Source of the DNA: an uncultured bacterium
Lineage (GTDB): Bacteria > Krumholzibacteriota > Krumholzibacteriia > LZORAL124-64-63
Direction: 5' to 3'
DNA length: 64,000 bases
Assembly: GCA_903859215.1 (NCBI GenBank)
Contig: CAIOLW010000161.1
Coordinates: forward strand, 23,131 to 87,130
Below are positions 31,141-43,893 of this stretch, piece after piece. A program made the translations under genes and the position numbers. The notes beneath the pieces are model-generated. The model was not told the DNA's origin. It was given only the letters and a program-made list of their open reading frames with translations, and did no database searches. How positions within the stretch are numbered: position 1 is the first letter of the stretch; each line of letters begins with the position of its first letter.

Positions 31141-32385
31141 ATGCGTTTCGCGGCCTACATCGCCGGGCGCTACCTGCGCAGCCGCCGCCACAGCCGTTTC
31201 CTGAGCCGCGGCAGTGTGACGGCCATCCTGGGCATCGCCATCGGCGTGGCCGTCCTGAACATCACGCTGGCGGTGATGAACGGCTTTCACGCCGAGATGC
31301 GCCGCACCTTCGTCGAGAACATGCCGATGATCTCGATCATCACCAGCCGCCCGGAGGGTTTCCACCCGCTGGGCGCGGTGATGGACAGCGTCGGCGCCCT
31401 GCCCGAAGTGGTGGGGGTGGCGCCCTTCATCCGGCAGGAGGTCCTGGTCTCCTCGCCGCGGCAGGTGGGGCCGCCCAGGCCGCAGGCGGGCGTGGTCTGG
31501 GGCATCGACCCGCAGCTGGTGGACGCGGTCATTCCGCTGAGTTCGTACCTGAAGCCCGAGCCCGCCATCCTCGCGGCCCTGTCCGGCGGCGACGTGCCGC
31601 GCGTGATCCTCGGCTCGGAACTCGCCGCGAACACCTACTGCGCGATCGGCGACACCGTCATCCTGACGTCCGTCGACGAGGAGCTCAACCTCCAGGACAT
31701 CCACCCGGTCAGCGAACGATTCGTCGTCGTCGGCTTCCTGGAGACGGGGATGTACGAGTTCGACAGCCGGTTCGTCTACGGCGAACGCAGGGCCGTCGGC
31801 GCGTTCCTCGGCTATCCTGACGACGGCGCCTCGATGATCGGCGTGAAGGTGGCCGACCTGATGCGCGCCGACCGCGTTGCCGCCGCGCTGCGGGAACGCC
31901 TCGGCCCGGACTACTTCGCCACCGACTGGATGGCGCTGAACCAGAACCTGTTCCAGTGGATCAAGCTCGAGAAGATCATCATGATGCTGCTGCTGGGCAT
32001 GATCGTGCTGATCGCGGGCTTCAACATCGTCGGCATCCTGACCATGATGGTCGGCGAGCGGCGCCGCGAGATCGGCATCCTGCTGGCAATGGGCGCGCGA
32101 AGGACGCAGGTGATGGGTGTCTTCCTGCTGAACGGACTGTGCCTGGGCGCGGTCGGCATCGCGGCCGGCAGCCTGGTCGGCCTGGCCGGCATCTGGTTCC
32201 TGGATGTCCACGGCGTGCGGCTGCCCGGCGACGTGTATTTCGTCGATCGCGTGCCGGTCCTGCTCGAGTGGGGCGATTTCGCGTTGATCGCGGGCGCGAG
32301 CCTCGTGATTTCCCTCGCGGCCGGCCTCTGGCCCAGCTGGGAAGCCTCGAACCTCGAGCCGATGGATATCATCCGCTACACGTAG
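31141..32385 (+). CDS. Lipoprotein-releasing ABC transporter permease LolC/LolE family
   Basis: MRFAAYIAGRYLRSRR...N-terminus, large periplasmic loop, C-terminal FtsX-like TM bundle. Immediately follows the lysS stop. Confidence 0.85.
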   Translation: MRFAAYIAGRYLRSRRHSRFLSRGSVTAILGIAIGVAVLNITLAVMNGFHAEMRRTFVENMPMISIITSRPEGFHPLGAVMDSVGALPEVVGVAPFIRQEVLVSSPRQVGPPRPQAGVVWGIDPQLVDAVIPLSSYLKPEPAILAALSGGDVPRVILGSELAANTYCAIGDTVILTSVDEELNLQDIHPVSERFVVVGFLETGMYEFDSRFVYGERRAVGAFLGYPDDGASMIGVKVADLMRADRVAAALRERLGPDYFATDWMALNQNLFQWIKLEKIIMMLLLGMIVLIAGFNIVGILTMMVGERRREIGILLAMGARRTQVMGVFLLNGLCLGAVGIAAGSLVGLAGIWFLDVHGVRLPGDVYFVDRVPVLLEWGDFALIAGASLVISLAAGLWPSWEASNLEPMDIIRYT

Positions 32386-32398
32386 GAAGGCGTGGCCG

Positions 32399-33091
32399 AT
32401 GTCGGTGCTGCTGGAAGCGAGGAACCTGCGGAAGTCCTTCCGCCGCGCCGAGAGCACGGTGGACGTGTTGCGCGGCGTCGACTTCCGCCTCGAGCCCGGC
32501 GAAACGGCGGCGATCACCGGCAGCAGCGGCAGCGGCAAGAGCACGCTCCTGAACATCCTGGGCGGGCTCGACGCACCGACCGCCGGCGAGGTCCTCGTCG
32601 ATGGCAGGCTGCTGGCCTCAGATGACCGCGCCGCGCGCGTGAAGTGGCGCAGCGAGGGCGTCGGCTTCGTCTTCCAGTTCCATTTCCTGCTGCCCGACTT
32701 CACCGCGCTGGAGAACCTGCTGGTGCCGGTGCGCAGCCGCCGCGATGTGGGCGCGGCCGACCGCGAGCGGGCGCTCGGGTTCCTGGAGCAGATGGGCCTG
32801 GCCGATCGGGCCTCGCACCTGCCGGGCGAACTGTCGGGCGGCGAGCAGCAGCGCGTGGCCGTGGCCCGCGCCTTCATGAACCGGCCCGCCCTGGTGCTGG
32901 CCGACGAGCCTTTCGGCAACCTCGACGCGGCCAACGGGGCGCGACTGGGAGACCTGCTGATGGAATTGCATCGGCAGGAAGGCGTGGGCCTGGTGCTGGT
33001 GACGCACGACGAGCGGCTCGCGATGCGGGCGTCACGGCGCTGGCACCTGTCCGACGGCCGGCTGGCGCCCGGCGGGGGGGAATCCGCATGA
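32399..33091 (+). CDS. lolD: Lipoprotein-releasing ABC transporter ATP-binding protein
   Basis: [44 protein letters not shown]. Confidence 0.85.
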   Translation: MSVLLEARNLRKSFRRAESTVDVLRGVDFRLEPGETAAITGSSGSGKSTLLNILGGLDAPTAGEVLVDGRLLASDDRAARVKWRSEGVGFVFQFHFLLPDFTALENLLVPVRSRRDVGAADRERALGFLEQMGLADRASHLPGELSGGEQQRVAVARAFMNRPALVLADEPFGNLDAANGARLGDLLMELHRQEGVGLVLVTHDERLAMRASRRWHLSDGRLAPGGGESA

Positions 33092-33573
33092 AGTGCCACC
33101 GCTGCGGGCTGCGCGAGGCCAGCGTGCACTGGCTCGAGATGAACGCCGGCGAGCGCCGCAGCCTGTGGCTGTGCGCCGATTGCGCCGCCTCCCGCGAGCA
33201 GGCCCCGGCGGCGTCCGAGCCGCAGGTGTCATTCCTTGGGCAAGGCCTCGGCAGCGCCGCGGCCGCCTGCCCCGGCTGCGGCACCACGCTGGAGGACCTG
33301 CGCCGGGACAACAGGCTGGGCTGCGCCCGCTGCTATGTCACCTTCCGGTCCACGCTGCTGCCGCTTCTGGCGCGCTTCCACCGCCACATCTCGCATGTCG
33401 GCAAGGTGCCCGGCGGGGTCCAGCCGACGACCCGGCTGGCCGAGATCACGCGCCTGCGCCTGGGGCTGACCAAAGCGGTCGCCGCCGAGGAATTCGAGCG
33501 CGCCGCGACCCTGCGCGACCGTCTCCGCGAACTCGAGGACCAGGCCGGCCCCGCTGACGGGAGCGCGCGATGA
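33088..33573 (+). CDS. mcsA: McsA-like protein arginine kinase activator (4x CxxC + UVR motif)
   Basis: ATG 33088 overlaps the lolD TGA (ATGA). CHRC, CADC, CPGC, CARC zinc-ribbon pairs, then the UVR-like AVAAEEFERAATLRDRLRELE. Confidence 0.8.
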   Translation: MKCHRCGLREASVHWLEMNAGERRSLWLCADCAASREQAPAASEPQVSFLGQGLGSAAAACPGCGTTLEDLRRDNRLGCARCYVTFRSTLLPLLARFHRHISHVGKVPGGVQPTTRLAEITRLRLGLTKAVAAEEFERAATLRDRLRELEDQAGPADGSAR

Positions 33574-34628
33574 GCGGCACCCTCGCGGCGCTGGCGGCGG
33601 TGGACGCCGCCTGGCTGGACGGCCTTGGGCCCGACGGCGACATCGTGCTGGCCACGCGGGCGCGCCTGGCCCGCAACCTGGCCGGCTTCCCCTTCCCGCA
33701 CCGGGCCGGCCCCGAGGCGCTGGCGACGATCAGCGTGGACCTCGGCCGGCGGCTGCGCCGGCTGCCCGAATTCGTCGACGGCTTCAGCGTCGACCTGGCC
33801 GCCTGTGAACCGCGGTCGCGGCAGCTGCTGCGCGAGAAGATGCTCGCCGGCGATGACCTGCTGGCCGTCCCCGAGCACCGCGTGCTGGTCGCCGGCCCGG
33901 ATCTCTCGTACGTCGCGCTGCTCAACGGCGAGGATCACCTGCGACTGTGCGCCTGGCAGTCCGGGTTCGCCCCGGACACGGCCCTGGCGGCAGCCCTGCG
34001 GCTTGACGACCAACTGGCCGGCGCCTACGAACCGGCCTTCAGCCAGGAGCAGGGCTTCCTGACCGCCTCGCCGGGAAACGTCGGCACCGGGCTGCGCCTG
34101 TCGGCCGTCCTGCACCTGCCAGGCCTGGTCATGGCCGACGAGATCGACAAGGTCCTCAACGCCCTGCGGCAGCTCGAGTTCGGGGTGCGGGGCCTTGCCG
34201 GCGAGGGGCGCACCGTGCGCGGCGCCCTGTTCCGCATCGGCAACCTGACGACGCTCGGAAGGGACGAGGCCGAGATCGCCGGCGACTTCGCGGCCCACGT
34301 CGGCAAGGTCATCGTCCACGAACGGGCGGCGCGGGAGCTGCTCCTGGGACGCGACCGGCGGGCGCTGGAGGACCTGGCCTGGCGCGGTCGCGCGGCCCTG
34401 GCGAACGCCCGCCTGCTGACCACCCACGAGACCTGGGACTGCCTGTCGCACGCGCGGCTCGGCGGCGGCCTGGGACTGGTCCCGGCCCCGGACTGGGGCG
34501 TCTTCAACCGCCTGCTGGTCCGCCACCAGGGCGCCCATCTCGAACTGGCCGCCGGCCTGCGCCTGGACGGCCGCGAGCGCTCGGCGGCCCGGGCGGACCT
34601 CCTGCGGGAATATTTTGCCGTCCCGTGA
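33570..34628 (+). CDS. mcsB: Protein arginine kinase McsB (ATP:guanido phosphotransferase family)
   Basis: The ATG overlaps the mcsA stop. LATRARLARNLAGFPFP, NGEDHLRL, SPGNVGTGLRLSAVLHLPGL. Confidence 0.88.
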   Translation: MSGTLAALAAVDAAWLDGLGPDGDIVLATRARLARNLAGFPFPHRAGPEALATISVDLGRRLRRLPEFVDGFSVDLAACEPRSRQLLREKMLAGDDLLAVPEHRVLVAGPDLSYVALLNGEDHLRLCAWQSGFAPDTALAAALRLDDQLAGAYEPAFSQEQGFLTASPGNVGTGLRLSAVLHLPGLVMADEIDKVLNALRQLEFGVRGLAGEGRTVRGALFRIGNLTTLGRDEAEIAGDFAAHVGKVIVHERAARELLLGRDRRALEDLAWRGRAALANARLLTTHETWDCLSHARLGGGLGLVPAPDWGVFNRLLVRHQGAHLELAAGLRLDGRERSAARADLLREYFAVP

Positions 34629-34771
34629 TTCGGCGCTCGCGGGGACGGCTCCCTCCAGCGACGTAAGTCCTTAAGGCGCAGGCCGGCCGGGACGATCTAG
34701 GACCGGTGGCGGACGCCACGGCGCGGCCCGGATCTTGCCTTCGGGCAGCGGGGGCCAACCCGTGGCCGGTG

Positions 34772-34800
34772 TAGCGAGACGCCGGTTGGTCCGGTATATT
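34772..34800 (+). promoter_or_regulatory. Weak sigma70-like promoter candidate (TAGCGA-17-TATATT) upstream of clpC
   Basis: Good -10 at 34795-34800, poor -35. Lies in the 245-nt mcsB-clpC spacer. Confidence 0.3.
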
Positions 34801-34873
34801 CTGCGACATCAACCGGTGGCCGGGGCCCTTGCCGACCACGGGGATCCTGCAGCGGCGAACGGAGGCGCGCGGC

Positions 34874-37342
<2,469 letters not shown>

Positions 37343-37360
37343 ACGCCCGGCAACCGACCG

Positions 37361-37398
37361 GACGGCGGCGCTCCCCAGGGGGGCGCCGCCGTCGTTTT
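37361..37398 (+). terminator. Rho-independent terminator after clpC
   Basis: 11-bp stem GACGGCGGCGC / GCGCCGCCGTC followed by GTTTT. Confidence 0.75.
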
Positions 37399-37557
37399 GC
37401 CCCCGGCTCGATTTGGGCTTTGGGCTGTGACGGCGGGGGCCTATCTTGGGACCCGCCGTGGCGCGGGAACTCCCGATGCCGCCGCGGGTTGGAGGTTGCC
37501 GTACCCGGGCCCGGGCCCGGTGGCGCCGCTGGGGCGGCGCCGGTCGGCCCTTCTGCG

Positions 37558-37586
37558 TTGTGGGCCGCGGCGGCCGGTGCTACACT
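37558..37586 (+). promoter_or_regulatory. Sigma70-like promoter candidate (TTGTGG-17-TACACT) upstream of bamA
   Basis: Hexamers at 37558-37563 and 37581-37586, 28 nt before the bamA ATG. Confidence 0.3.
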
Positions 37587-37613
37587 GCCGCGTCCGTTTC
37601 TCCCAACCCGACG

Positions 37614-39953
37614 ATGGGGAGCCCCTTGCCAGAACTGATCCGCCCGGCGCGCCGGCTGACCATTGCCACGGTGCTGTGCTGCGCCCTGTCCCTGCCCATG
37701 GCCGGCCCTGCCGCGGCCGCCGACGCGCCCCGGATCACGGGCATCGACGTCGTCGGGGCGCTGACGGTCGGCCCCCGGCAGGTCACGGCCTGGTCCGGCC
37801 TGTCCGAGGGCGGCGAGTTCACGCCCGACCTCGTGGGCGAGGCCATCCGCAAGCTCTTCACGACCGGGAAATTCGGCGACGTCTTCATCTACCGGCAGGA
37901 CGAACCCGGCGGCGTGCGCCTGGTCATCAACCTGCGCGAGTTCCCGCGCGTGCGCAGCGTCACGTTCAAGGGCAACGACAAGATCGGCGAGAAGGACCTG
38001 CGCGAAGCGTTCCCGGTCACCGTCGGCCAGTTCTCGAATCCGGCGGCCGTTCGCCGCAACCTGCAGCCCCTGCGGGACCTGTACTACGAGAAGGGCTACT
38101 ACAACGTCGAGGTGAGCACCGACTCGACGGTCGTCGACGGCAACAACATGCAGGACCTCGTCGTCTCCGTGAAGGAGGGCCGCGAGGTCAAGGTCGAGAC
38201 CATCACCTTCACGGGCAACCGGCAACTGAAGTCGGGCGACCTGCGCGGCGCGATGAAGCAGGGGACGTCCGGTTTCCTTAAGAGCGGCGCCTTCAAGAAG
38301 AAGCAGTTCGAGGAGGACCAGGAGCGCATCGTGACGTATTGCCGGAACCAGGGCTACCTGGACGCGGCGATCACCGACACGCAGTTGAATTTCCGCGAGG
38401 GCCGCGAGCGCCTGGACATCGTGGTCGAGGTGAAGGAAGGCGAGCAGTACTTCGTCGGCGACGTGCGCTGGCAGGGCAACACCGTCCTCGACGACATGAC
38501 CGTGTCCGAACACGTGCAGCTGCAGAAGGGGCGCGTGTTCAAGGAGGACGAGTACCTCGCCACCCTCGACGACCTTCAGCAGGTCTACGCGGACCGGGGC
38601 TACATCTACATCACGGTCGAGCCGAAGCGCGAACTCGACGGCCGCAACGTGAACGTGGTGTTCAGTTTCCAGGAAGGCCGTCCGGCCAACATCCGCGACA
38701 TCACGATCACGGGCAATACGAAGACCCACGACAACGTGATCCTGCGCGAACTGGCCATCTACCCCGGCGACAAGTTCAGCAACACCCTGATCCGCAACAC
38801 GATGCGGGACGTCTTCCAGACAGGGTTCTTCGAGGACGTGCAGCCGGACGTCAAGCCGGTGGAGGGCGGGGACGTCGACCTGACGCTCAAGGTCAAGGAG
38901 AAGCAGACCGGCCAGTTCATGTTCGGCATGTCCTACAGCGCCGAGACGGCCGCCAGCGGCTTCATCCAGGTGGCCGAATCGAACTTCCGCGGCAAGGGCC
39001 AGAACCTCGGCCTGACCTGGCAGTTCGGCACGCGGCGTCGCTACCTCGACCTGAGCTTCACCGAGCCGTGGTTCCGCGGCAAGCCGACCCTGGTGGGCGT
39101 CGATATCTTCGACCGCTTCCAGTACAACTACGACGACTTCTACGAAAGCCGTGTGCGCGGCTTCAACGGGCGCCTTGGCCGTCGCATCCCCGGGACGCGT
39201 TACAGCAACGTGGGGCTGCGCTACGAGTGGTCGCAGACCCGCCTGGACAACTTCAGCGGGAGCTACATCAAGTACCTCGACGACCTCGAGCGCTCGCTCG
39301 GCACCAGCGACCTGCCCTGGCAGCGCCTGGACCGGATCGACTGGCCGCAGTCCAAGAGCAGCCTGCAGGTCTCGTTCAACCGCAATTCGACCGACAGCCC
39401 GTTCTTCCCGACGACCGGGTCGAAGACGAGCTACAGCTTCGAGTACGCTGGCGGGCTGCTGGGCGGGCAGACCTCGTTCCAGGAGCACATGCTCTCGCAC
39501 TCGTTCTACAACAAGCTGCCGGGCGGCTTCGCGCTCCACCTGCGGGGCTTCTTCGGGCTGATCCACGGCCTGCACTCGGCCGACGGGGTGCCCGACTGGG
39601 ACCGTTACCGGCTCGGCGGCAACCGGCGCCTGCCCCTGCGCGGCTACAAGGACCTCGAGGTCGTGCCGCGCGGCAACCCGAGCTTCATCGGCGGTCGTTT
39701 CTTCGCCATTTTCAACACGGAAATCCTGTATCCCTTGACCCCGGCCGTGCATTTGCTCACTTTCCTGGATATGGGAGACGTCTGGAACAGCTTCTCCCAG
39801 GCTGATCTGGCCGACCTGCGCAAGGGCGCCGGCTTCGGCATCCGGGTCGAAGTCCCCATGATGGGCAATATCGGTTTCGACTACGGCTACGGCTTCGACC
39901 GGGCCGGCGGCCCGGCCTGGGAACCGCACTTCACCATCGGCAACTTCTTCTAG
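37614..39953 (+). CDS. bamA: Outer membrane protein assembly factor BamA
   Basis: ATG 37614 in frame of ORF 37446..39953. Signal peptide, five POTRA-like repeats, C-terminal beta-barrel ending ...HFTIGNFF (terminal aromatic). Confidence 0.92.
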   Translation: MGSPLPELIRPARRLTIATVLCCALSLPMAGPAAAADAPRITGIDVVGALTVGPRQVTAWSGLSEGGEFTPDLVGEAIRKLFTTGKFGDVFIYRQDEPGGVRLVINLREFPRVRSVTFKGNDKIGEKDLREAFPVTVGQFSNPAAVRRNLQPLRDLYYEKGYYNVEVSTDSTVVDGNNMQDLVVSVKEGREVKVETITFTGNRQLKSGDLRGAMKQGTSGFLKSGAFKKKQFEEDQERIVTYCRNQGYLDAAITDTQLNFREGRERLDIVVEVKEGEQYFVGDVRWQGNTVLDDMTVSEHVQLQKGRVFKEDEYLATLDDLQQVYADRGYIYITVEPKRELDGRNVNVVFSFQEGRPANIRDITITGNTKTHDNVILRELAIYPGDKFSNTLIRNTMRDVFQTGFFEDVQPDVKPVEGGDVDLTLKVKEKQTGQFMFGMSYSAETAASGFIQVAESNFRGKGQNLGLTWQFGTRRRYLDLSFTEPWFRGKPTLVGVDIFDRFQYNYDDFYESRVRGFNGRLGRRIPGTRYSNVGLRYEWSQTRLDNFSGSYIKYLDDLERSLGTSDLPWQRLDRIDWPQSKSSLQVSFNRNSTDSPFFPTTGSKTSYSFEYAGGLLGGQTSFQEHMLSHSFYNKLPGGFALHLRGFFGLIHGLHSADGVPDWDRYRLGGNRRLPLRGYKDLEVVPRGNPSFIGGRFFAIFNTEILYPLTPAVHLLTFLDMGDVWNSFSQADLADLRKGAGFGIRVEVPMMGNIGFDYGYGFDRAGGPAWEPHFTIGNFF

Positions 39954-39987
39954 ACGAGGGCCCGGCGGCGGGTCGCAACGGAGGCAC

Positions 39988-40518
39988 GTGATGATTCGGA
40001 CAAAGACGCTGCGCCTGGCGCTCGTGACCGGTTTCCTCGTGGCGGCGACGGCAGCCCATGCCGTCGACATGCGGCCGATGGCGATCATCAATTCGGCGCG
40101 CATCGCCCAGGAATTCCCGGCGATGAAGGATGCGCAGGAGCAGTACCAGAAGTTCGTCCAGGGCCTCGAGCGCGAACTCAGCGTGAAGGAAAAGGCCCTG
40201 TCGACGGCGGCCGAGGAGATCGAGAGCCAGCGCCTCCTGCTGGGCAAGGATGCGCTGGCGACCAAGATGCAGGCGTTCGAGAAGCTGAAGGCGGACTACT
40301 TCCAGTTCCAGGAAAGCGCCAACCAGCGCGCCGACGCCGAAGAGAAGACGCGCCTGCAGCCGATCGCCGACCAGGTGCGGAACATCGTCGAGCGCCTGTC
40401 CAAGGAGCGCAACCTGGGCCTGGTCATCGACTCTGCCGGTCTTTCGGTCGTCTACGTGGACGCGCAGCTCGATCTCACGAACGAGGTCCTGCAGGCCCTC
40501 GTCCGGGGCGAGAAGTAA
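39988..40518 (+). CDS. skp: OmpH/Skp-family periplasmic chaperone
   Basis: Signal peptide, then a long coiled-coil (KDAQEQYQKFVQGLERELSVKEKAL...). Canonical position after bamA. The start may be ATG 39991. Confidence 0.85.
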   Translation: MMIRTKTLRLALVTGFLVAATAAHAVDMRPMAIINSARIAQEFPAMKDAQEQYQKFVQGLERELSVKEKALSTAAEEIESQRLLLGKDALATKMQAFEKLKADYFQFQESANQRADAEEKTRLQPIADQVRNIVERLSKERNLGLVIDSAGLSVVYVDAQLDLTNEVLQALVRGEK

Positions 40519-40546
40519 CTCGCCCGCCGGCCGGGGCGCTTCGGGG

Positions 40547-40575
40547 TTGACACATGTTCCCCGGGCGTCGAAACT
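40547..40575 (+). promoter_or_regulatory. Promoter candidate (TTGACA-17-GAAACT) upstream of lpxD
   Basis: Consensus -35 at 40547-40552, weak -10. Confidence 0.3.
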
Positions 40576-40648
40576 GGCAACAGGCCATTTCCGAAGCGCT
40601 TAGCCCCTCGCCGGGAAGGCGGGGGGCGGTCGTTTGGAAGGAATCGTC

Positions 40649-41698
40649 GTGCAGCAAGCGTTACGCTTGAGCGAACTGGCCGGGCGGCTCGGCGGAAGGT
40701 GGCGCGAGGGCGCCGACCCGCTGATCACCGGCGCGGCATCGCTGGCGGACGCGGGCCCCGGCGACCTGAGCTTCGTGGCGGGGCCCGGGCACATCGCCGA
40801 AGCGAAGTCCAGCGGAGCGGCGGCGTTCCTGGTGGCGCCCGGGGTCGAACTCGGGCGTCCGGTGATCGAGGTCGAACGGCCCTACGAGGCGTTCGCCCGG
40901 TTTCTTGCGCTGCAGCTGCCCGACCCCGATCGGCTCTACCCGCCCGGTGTGCACCCGACCGCGGTCATCCACCCGGAAGCGGGAGTGGAAGCGACCTCGG
41001 TGGGGCCTTACTGCGTGGTGGGGGCCGGGGCGACCGTCGGCCCGGGATGCCGGCTGGGGCCGCACGTGACGATCGGGTGCGACGCCAGCATCGGGCGCGA
41101 CTGCGTGCTGCATGCCCAGGTCACCGTGCGCGAAGGCTGCCTGGTGGGTGATCGCGTGATCATCCACGCGGGGACCGTCGTGGGGGCCGACGGTTTCGGC
41201 TACCTGCCGGGGCCCGGCGGCCAGGCGAAGATCCCGCAGGTGGGCATCGTCGAAGTGCAGGACGATGTCGAGCTGGGTGCGCTGGTGACCATCGACCGGG
41301 CCACGACCGGGCGTACGGTGATCGGCGCGGGCAGCAAGCTCGACAACCAGGTGCACATCGCGCACAACGTGCGGATCGGCCGCCACTGCGCGCTCAGCGC
41401 GCAGACGGGCGTCGCCGGCAGTTGCACACTGGGCGACGGCGTCATCACCGGGGGGCAGGTCGGTATCGCCGACCACATCGTGATCGGCGACGGCGCGCGT
41501 ATCGGCGCCCAGGCCGGCGTGATCAGGGACGTGCCGGCCAGGGCCGCGATGTTCGGCTACCCGGCGCTCGATTTCCAGGAATCGTTCCGTATCACGGCGG
41601 CGCTGCGGCGCCTGCCGGCCGCGCTGGCGCGGTTGCGGGCGCTCGAGAACCATGGCAGGGGCCCGGGCACAAAGGCCGGACCCGAACAGGAGACGTGA
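40649..41698 (+). CDS. lpxD: UDP-3-O-acylglucosamine N-acyltransferase
   Basis: GTG 40649 after GGAAGG. Uridine-binding N-domain, then a long left-handed beta-helix hexapeptide array. Confidence 0.9.
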   Translation: MQQALRLSELAGRLGGRWREGADPLITGAASLADAGPGDLSFVAGPGHIAEAKSSGAAAFLVAPGVELGRPVIEVERPYEAFARFLALQLPDPDRLYPPGVHPTAVIHPEAGVEATSVGPYCVVGAGATVGPGCRLGPHVTIGCDASIGRDCVLHAQVTVREGCLVGDRVIIHAGTVVGADGFGYLPGPGGQAKIPQVGIVEVQDDVELGALVTIDRATTGRTVIGAGSKLDNQVHIAHNVRIGRHCALSAQTGVAGSCTLGDGVITGGQVGIADHIVIGDGARIGAQAGVIRDVPARAAMFGYPALDFQESFRITAALRRLPAALARLRALENHGRGPGTKAGPEQET

Positions 41699-41701
41699 CC
41701 G

Positions 41702-43015
41702 TTGCTCTGGCTCCAGCGTACCGTCGATAAAGAGGTGTCGATCGAGGGGATCGGCCTGCATTCGGGCGCCCCCGCCCGGATGACCTTCCAGCCGGCCGAA
41801 CTCAACACGGGCCTCGTGTTCGTCGTGCCCGGACCGGACGGCGATGTCCGCATCCCGGCGCTGGTCGAGCACGCGGTGGCGACGGCGGACCTCGTGCGGG
41901 CCACGACGCTGGTGCACCAGGGCATCACCGTGCACACCGTCGAGCACGTGCTGGCCGCCCTGTACGGCATGGGCGTGACCAACTGCCTGATCCGCCTCGA
42001 GGGCGGCGAGCCGCCCGTCACCGGCTGCGCCAGTTCGCTGCCGTATGTCGAGATGATCGACCGCGCGGGCATCCGCGACCAGGGATTGCCCTCGACGTAC
42101 CACAAGATCACGCGACCGGTCACACTCAAGCTCGGCGATGCCGAAGTGACCGCCGAGCCGGCGGACGATTTCCGCATCAGCTTCGCGATCGCCTACGATG
42201 ATGAGCTCATCGGCACCCAGGAAGCATCGTTCGAGGTGCGGCCGTGGGTGTTCCGCGCGGAGATCGCTCCGGCGCGTACCTTCGCGCTGATGCGCGACGT
42301 GGAAGGGCTGCGCGAGCAGGGACTGGCCCGGGGCGGCAGCCTGCAGAATGCGCTTGTCTTCAACGACGGCGTGCTCGAGGGCGGGCAGACCCTGCGCTTT
42401 CCCGACGAGTGCGTGCGCCACAAGATCCTCGACCTGCTGGGCGACCTGGCGCTGCTGGGGATGCCGCTGCAGGGGCATGTCCACGCGCGCCTGTCCGGGC
42501 ACGCGGCGAACGTCGAGTTCACGAGGATGCTGGCGAAGACGGAGCGGAGGATGCCGCGCATCTACCCTCCGCGCGAACCGCGCCACTGGGACATTGCCTC
42601 GATCATGGAGATCATGCCCCACCGGTACCCGTTCCTGCTGGTCGACCGCATCACCGAACTGGTGCCCGGCAAGCGGGTGGTGGGCATCAAGAACGTGACG
42701 ATCAACGAGCCGTTCTTCCAGGGCCACTTCCCGGGCCACCCGATCATGCCCGGGGTGCTGATCATCGAGGCCATGGCCCAGGTCGGCGGGGTGCTGCTGC
42801 TGAGCAGCGTCGAGGATCCGCGAGGGAAACTGGTCTATTTCAGCGGGATCGATGCCGCGCGCTTCCGGCAATCGGTTTTGCCGGGAGACCAGTTGCGTTT
42901 CGAGCTTGAACTGCTCAAATTGCGCGGACCACTGTGCAAGATGAAAGGGACCGGCTGGGTTGGCGACACGCTGGTCGCCGAGGCGGAACTGATGTCCACG
43001 ATCGTGGATGCCTGA
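41702..43015 (+). CDS. lpxC/fabZ: Bifunctional UDP-3-O-acyl-GlcNAc deacetylase / 3-hydroxyacyl-ACP dehydratase (LpxC-FabZ fusion)
   Basis: N-terminal half is LpxC ([33 protein letters not shown]). C-terminal half is FabZ ([39 protein letters not shown]). Confidence 0.9.
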   Translation: MLWLQRTVDKEVSIEGIGLHSGAPARMTFQPAELNTGLVFVVPGPDGDVRIPALVEHAVATADLVRATTLVHQGITVHTVEHVLAALYGMGVTNCLIRLEGGEPPVTGCASSLPYVEMIDRAGIRDQGLPSTYHKITRPVTLKLGDAEVTAEPADDFRISFAIAYDDELIGTQEASFEVRPWVFRAEIAPARTFALMRDVEGLREQGLARGGSLQNALVFNDGVLEGGQTLRFPDECVRHKILDLLGDLALLGMPLQGHVHARLSGHAANVEFTRMLAKTERRMPRIYPPREPRHWDIASIMEIMPHRYPFLLVDRITELVPGKRVVGIKNVTINEPFFQGHFPGHPIMPGVLIIEAMAQVGGVLLLSSVEDPRGKLVYFSGIDAARFRQSVLPGDQLRFELELLKLRGPLCKMKGTGWVGDTLVAEAELMSTIVDA

Positions 43016-43055
43016 GCCGCGCACCCGAAGGAGGATGGGGTTGGAACCGGTGAAG

Positions 43056-43862
43056 ATGAACAAGGTGGCCGGCCTGCGCCCGGTGAACGAGCCCGAGATC
43101 CACCCGACCGCGGTGGTCGACCCCGGCGCGCGCCTGGGCCACAACGTGAAGGTGGGCCCTTACGCGATCATCGGACCGGACGTGGTCATCGGACCCGACT
43201 GCGTGATCGGATCGGCGGTGCTCCTGACCGGCCATGTGGTGATCGGCAGCGGGAACCGCATCTTCCACGGCGCCGCGATCGGCTGCGAACCCCAGGACAA
43301 GAAGTACCGCGGCGAAGTCACGTACGTCGAAATCGGCGACAACAACGACATCCGCGAGTTCTGCACGATCCACCCGGCGACCGGCGAGGGCGCCTGCACG
43401 CGCGTGGGCTCGGACAACCTGCTGATGGCCTACGTGCACATCGCCCACAATTGCCGTGTCGGCGACCACACCGTGCTGGCCAACGCCGTGAACCTGGCCG
43501 GGCATGTCGAGATCGAGAGCCACGCCATCCTGGGCGGGATGACGCCGGTGCACCAGTTCGTGCGCGTGGGCGCCTACTCGTTCGTCGGCGGCGGCAGCCG
43601 ACTGCCCCAGGACGTGCCGCCGTTCATCAAGGTCGCCGGGAACCCCATCGAGGTGGCGGGCATCAATGCCATCGGCCTCAAGCGCGGCGGTTTCTCCGAC
43701 GAGGACCTGCAGAACCTCAAGAAGGCCTACCGCCTGCTCTACCGGTCCGGGCTGAACGTCACGCAGGCCCTCGAGCGCATTGCCGCCGACTGCCGGCTGA
43801 CCCAGCACATCGAGGACCTGATGGCGTTCATCAGGCGCTCGGACCGCGGCATCGTCCGCTGA
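43056..43862 (+). CDS. lpxA: Acyl-ACP--UDP-N-acetylglucosamine O-acyltransferase
   Basis: IHPTAVVDPGARLGHNVKVGPYAIIGPDVVIG hexapeptide repeats plus a helical C-domain. Start ambiguous (43035, 43050 or 43056). Confidence 0.9.
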   Translation: MNKVAGLRPVNEPEIHPTAVVDPGARLGHNVKVGPYAIIGPDVVIGPDCVIGSAVLLTGHVVIGSGNRIFHGAAIGCEPQDKKYRGEVTYVEIGDNNDIREFCTIHPATGEGACTRVGSDNLLMAYVHIAHNCRVGDHTVLANAVNLAGHVEIESHAILGGMTPVHQFVRVGAYSFVGGGSRLPQDVPPFIKVAGNPIEVAGINAIGLKRGGFSDEDLQNLKKAYRLLYRSGLNVTQALERIAADCRLTQHIEDLMAFIRRSDRGIVR

Positions 43863-43893
43863 GGACGTCGGCGGCCGTCGTCAGGAGCCATCC

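Noticed and set aside
28501-33129. Very long minus-strand ORF (1542 aa). Similar giants occur at 6635-9838, 37302-40265, 45703-48633, and in the part of 58997-62029 upstream of fbp.
   Set aside because: They are antisense to well-supported plus-strand genes (prfB/lysS/lol, GT genes, bamA, lpxK/nadB, pruA). Their Arg/Ala/Gly/Pro-rich low-complexity translations are typical of stop-poor alternative frames in high-G+C DNA, and no recognisable domains are present.
34702-34820. Exact 9-mer ACCGGTGGC repeated 110 bp apart, considered as a bipartite operator for clpC.
   Set aside because: Two copies of a GC-rich 9-mer within 245 nt of about 70% G+C DNA are plausibly chance. Mentioned only at low interest in the spacer finding, not called as a feature.
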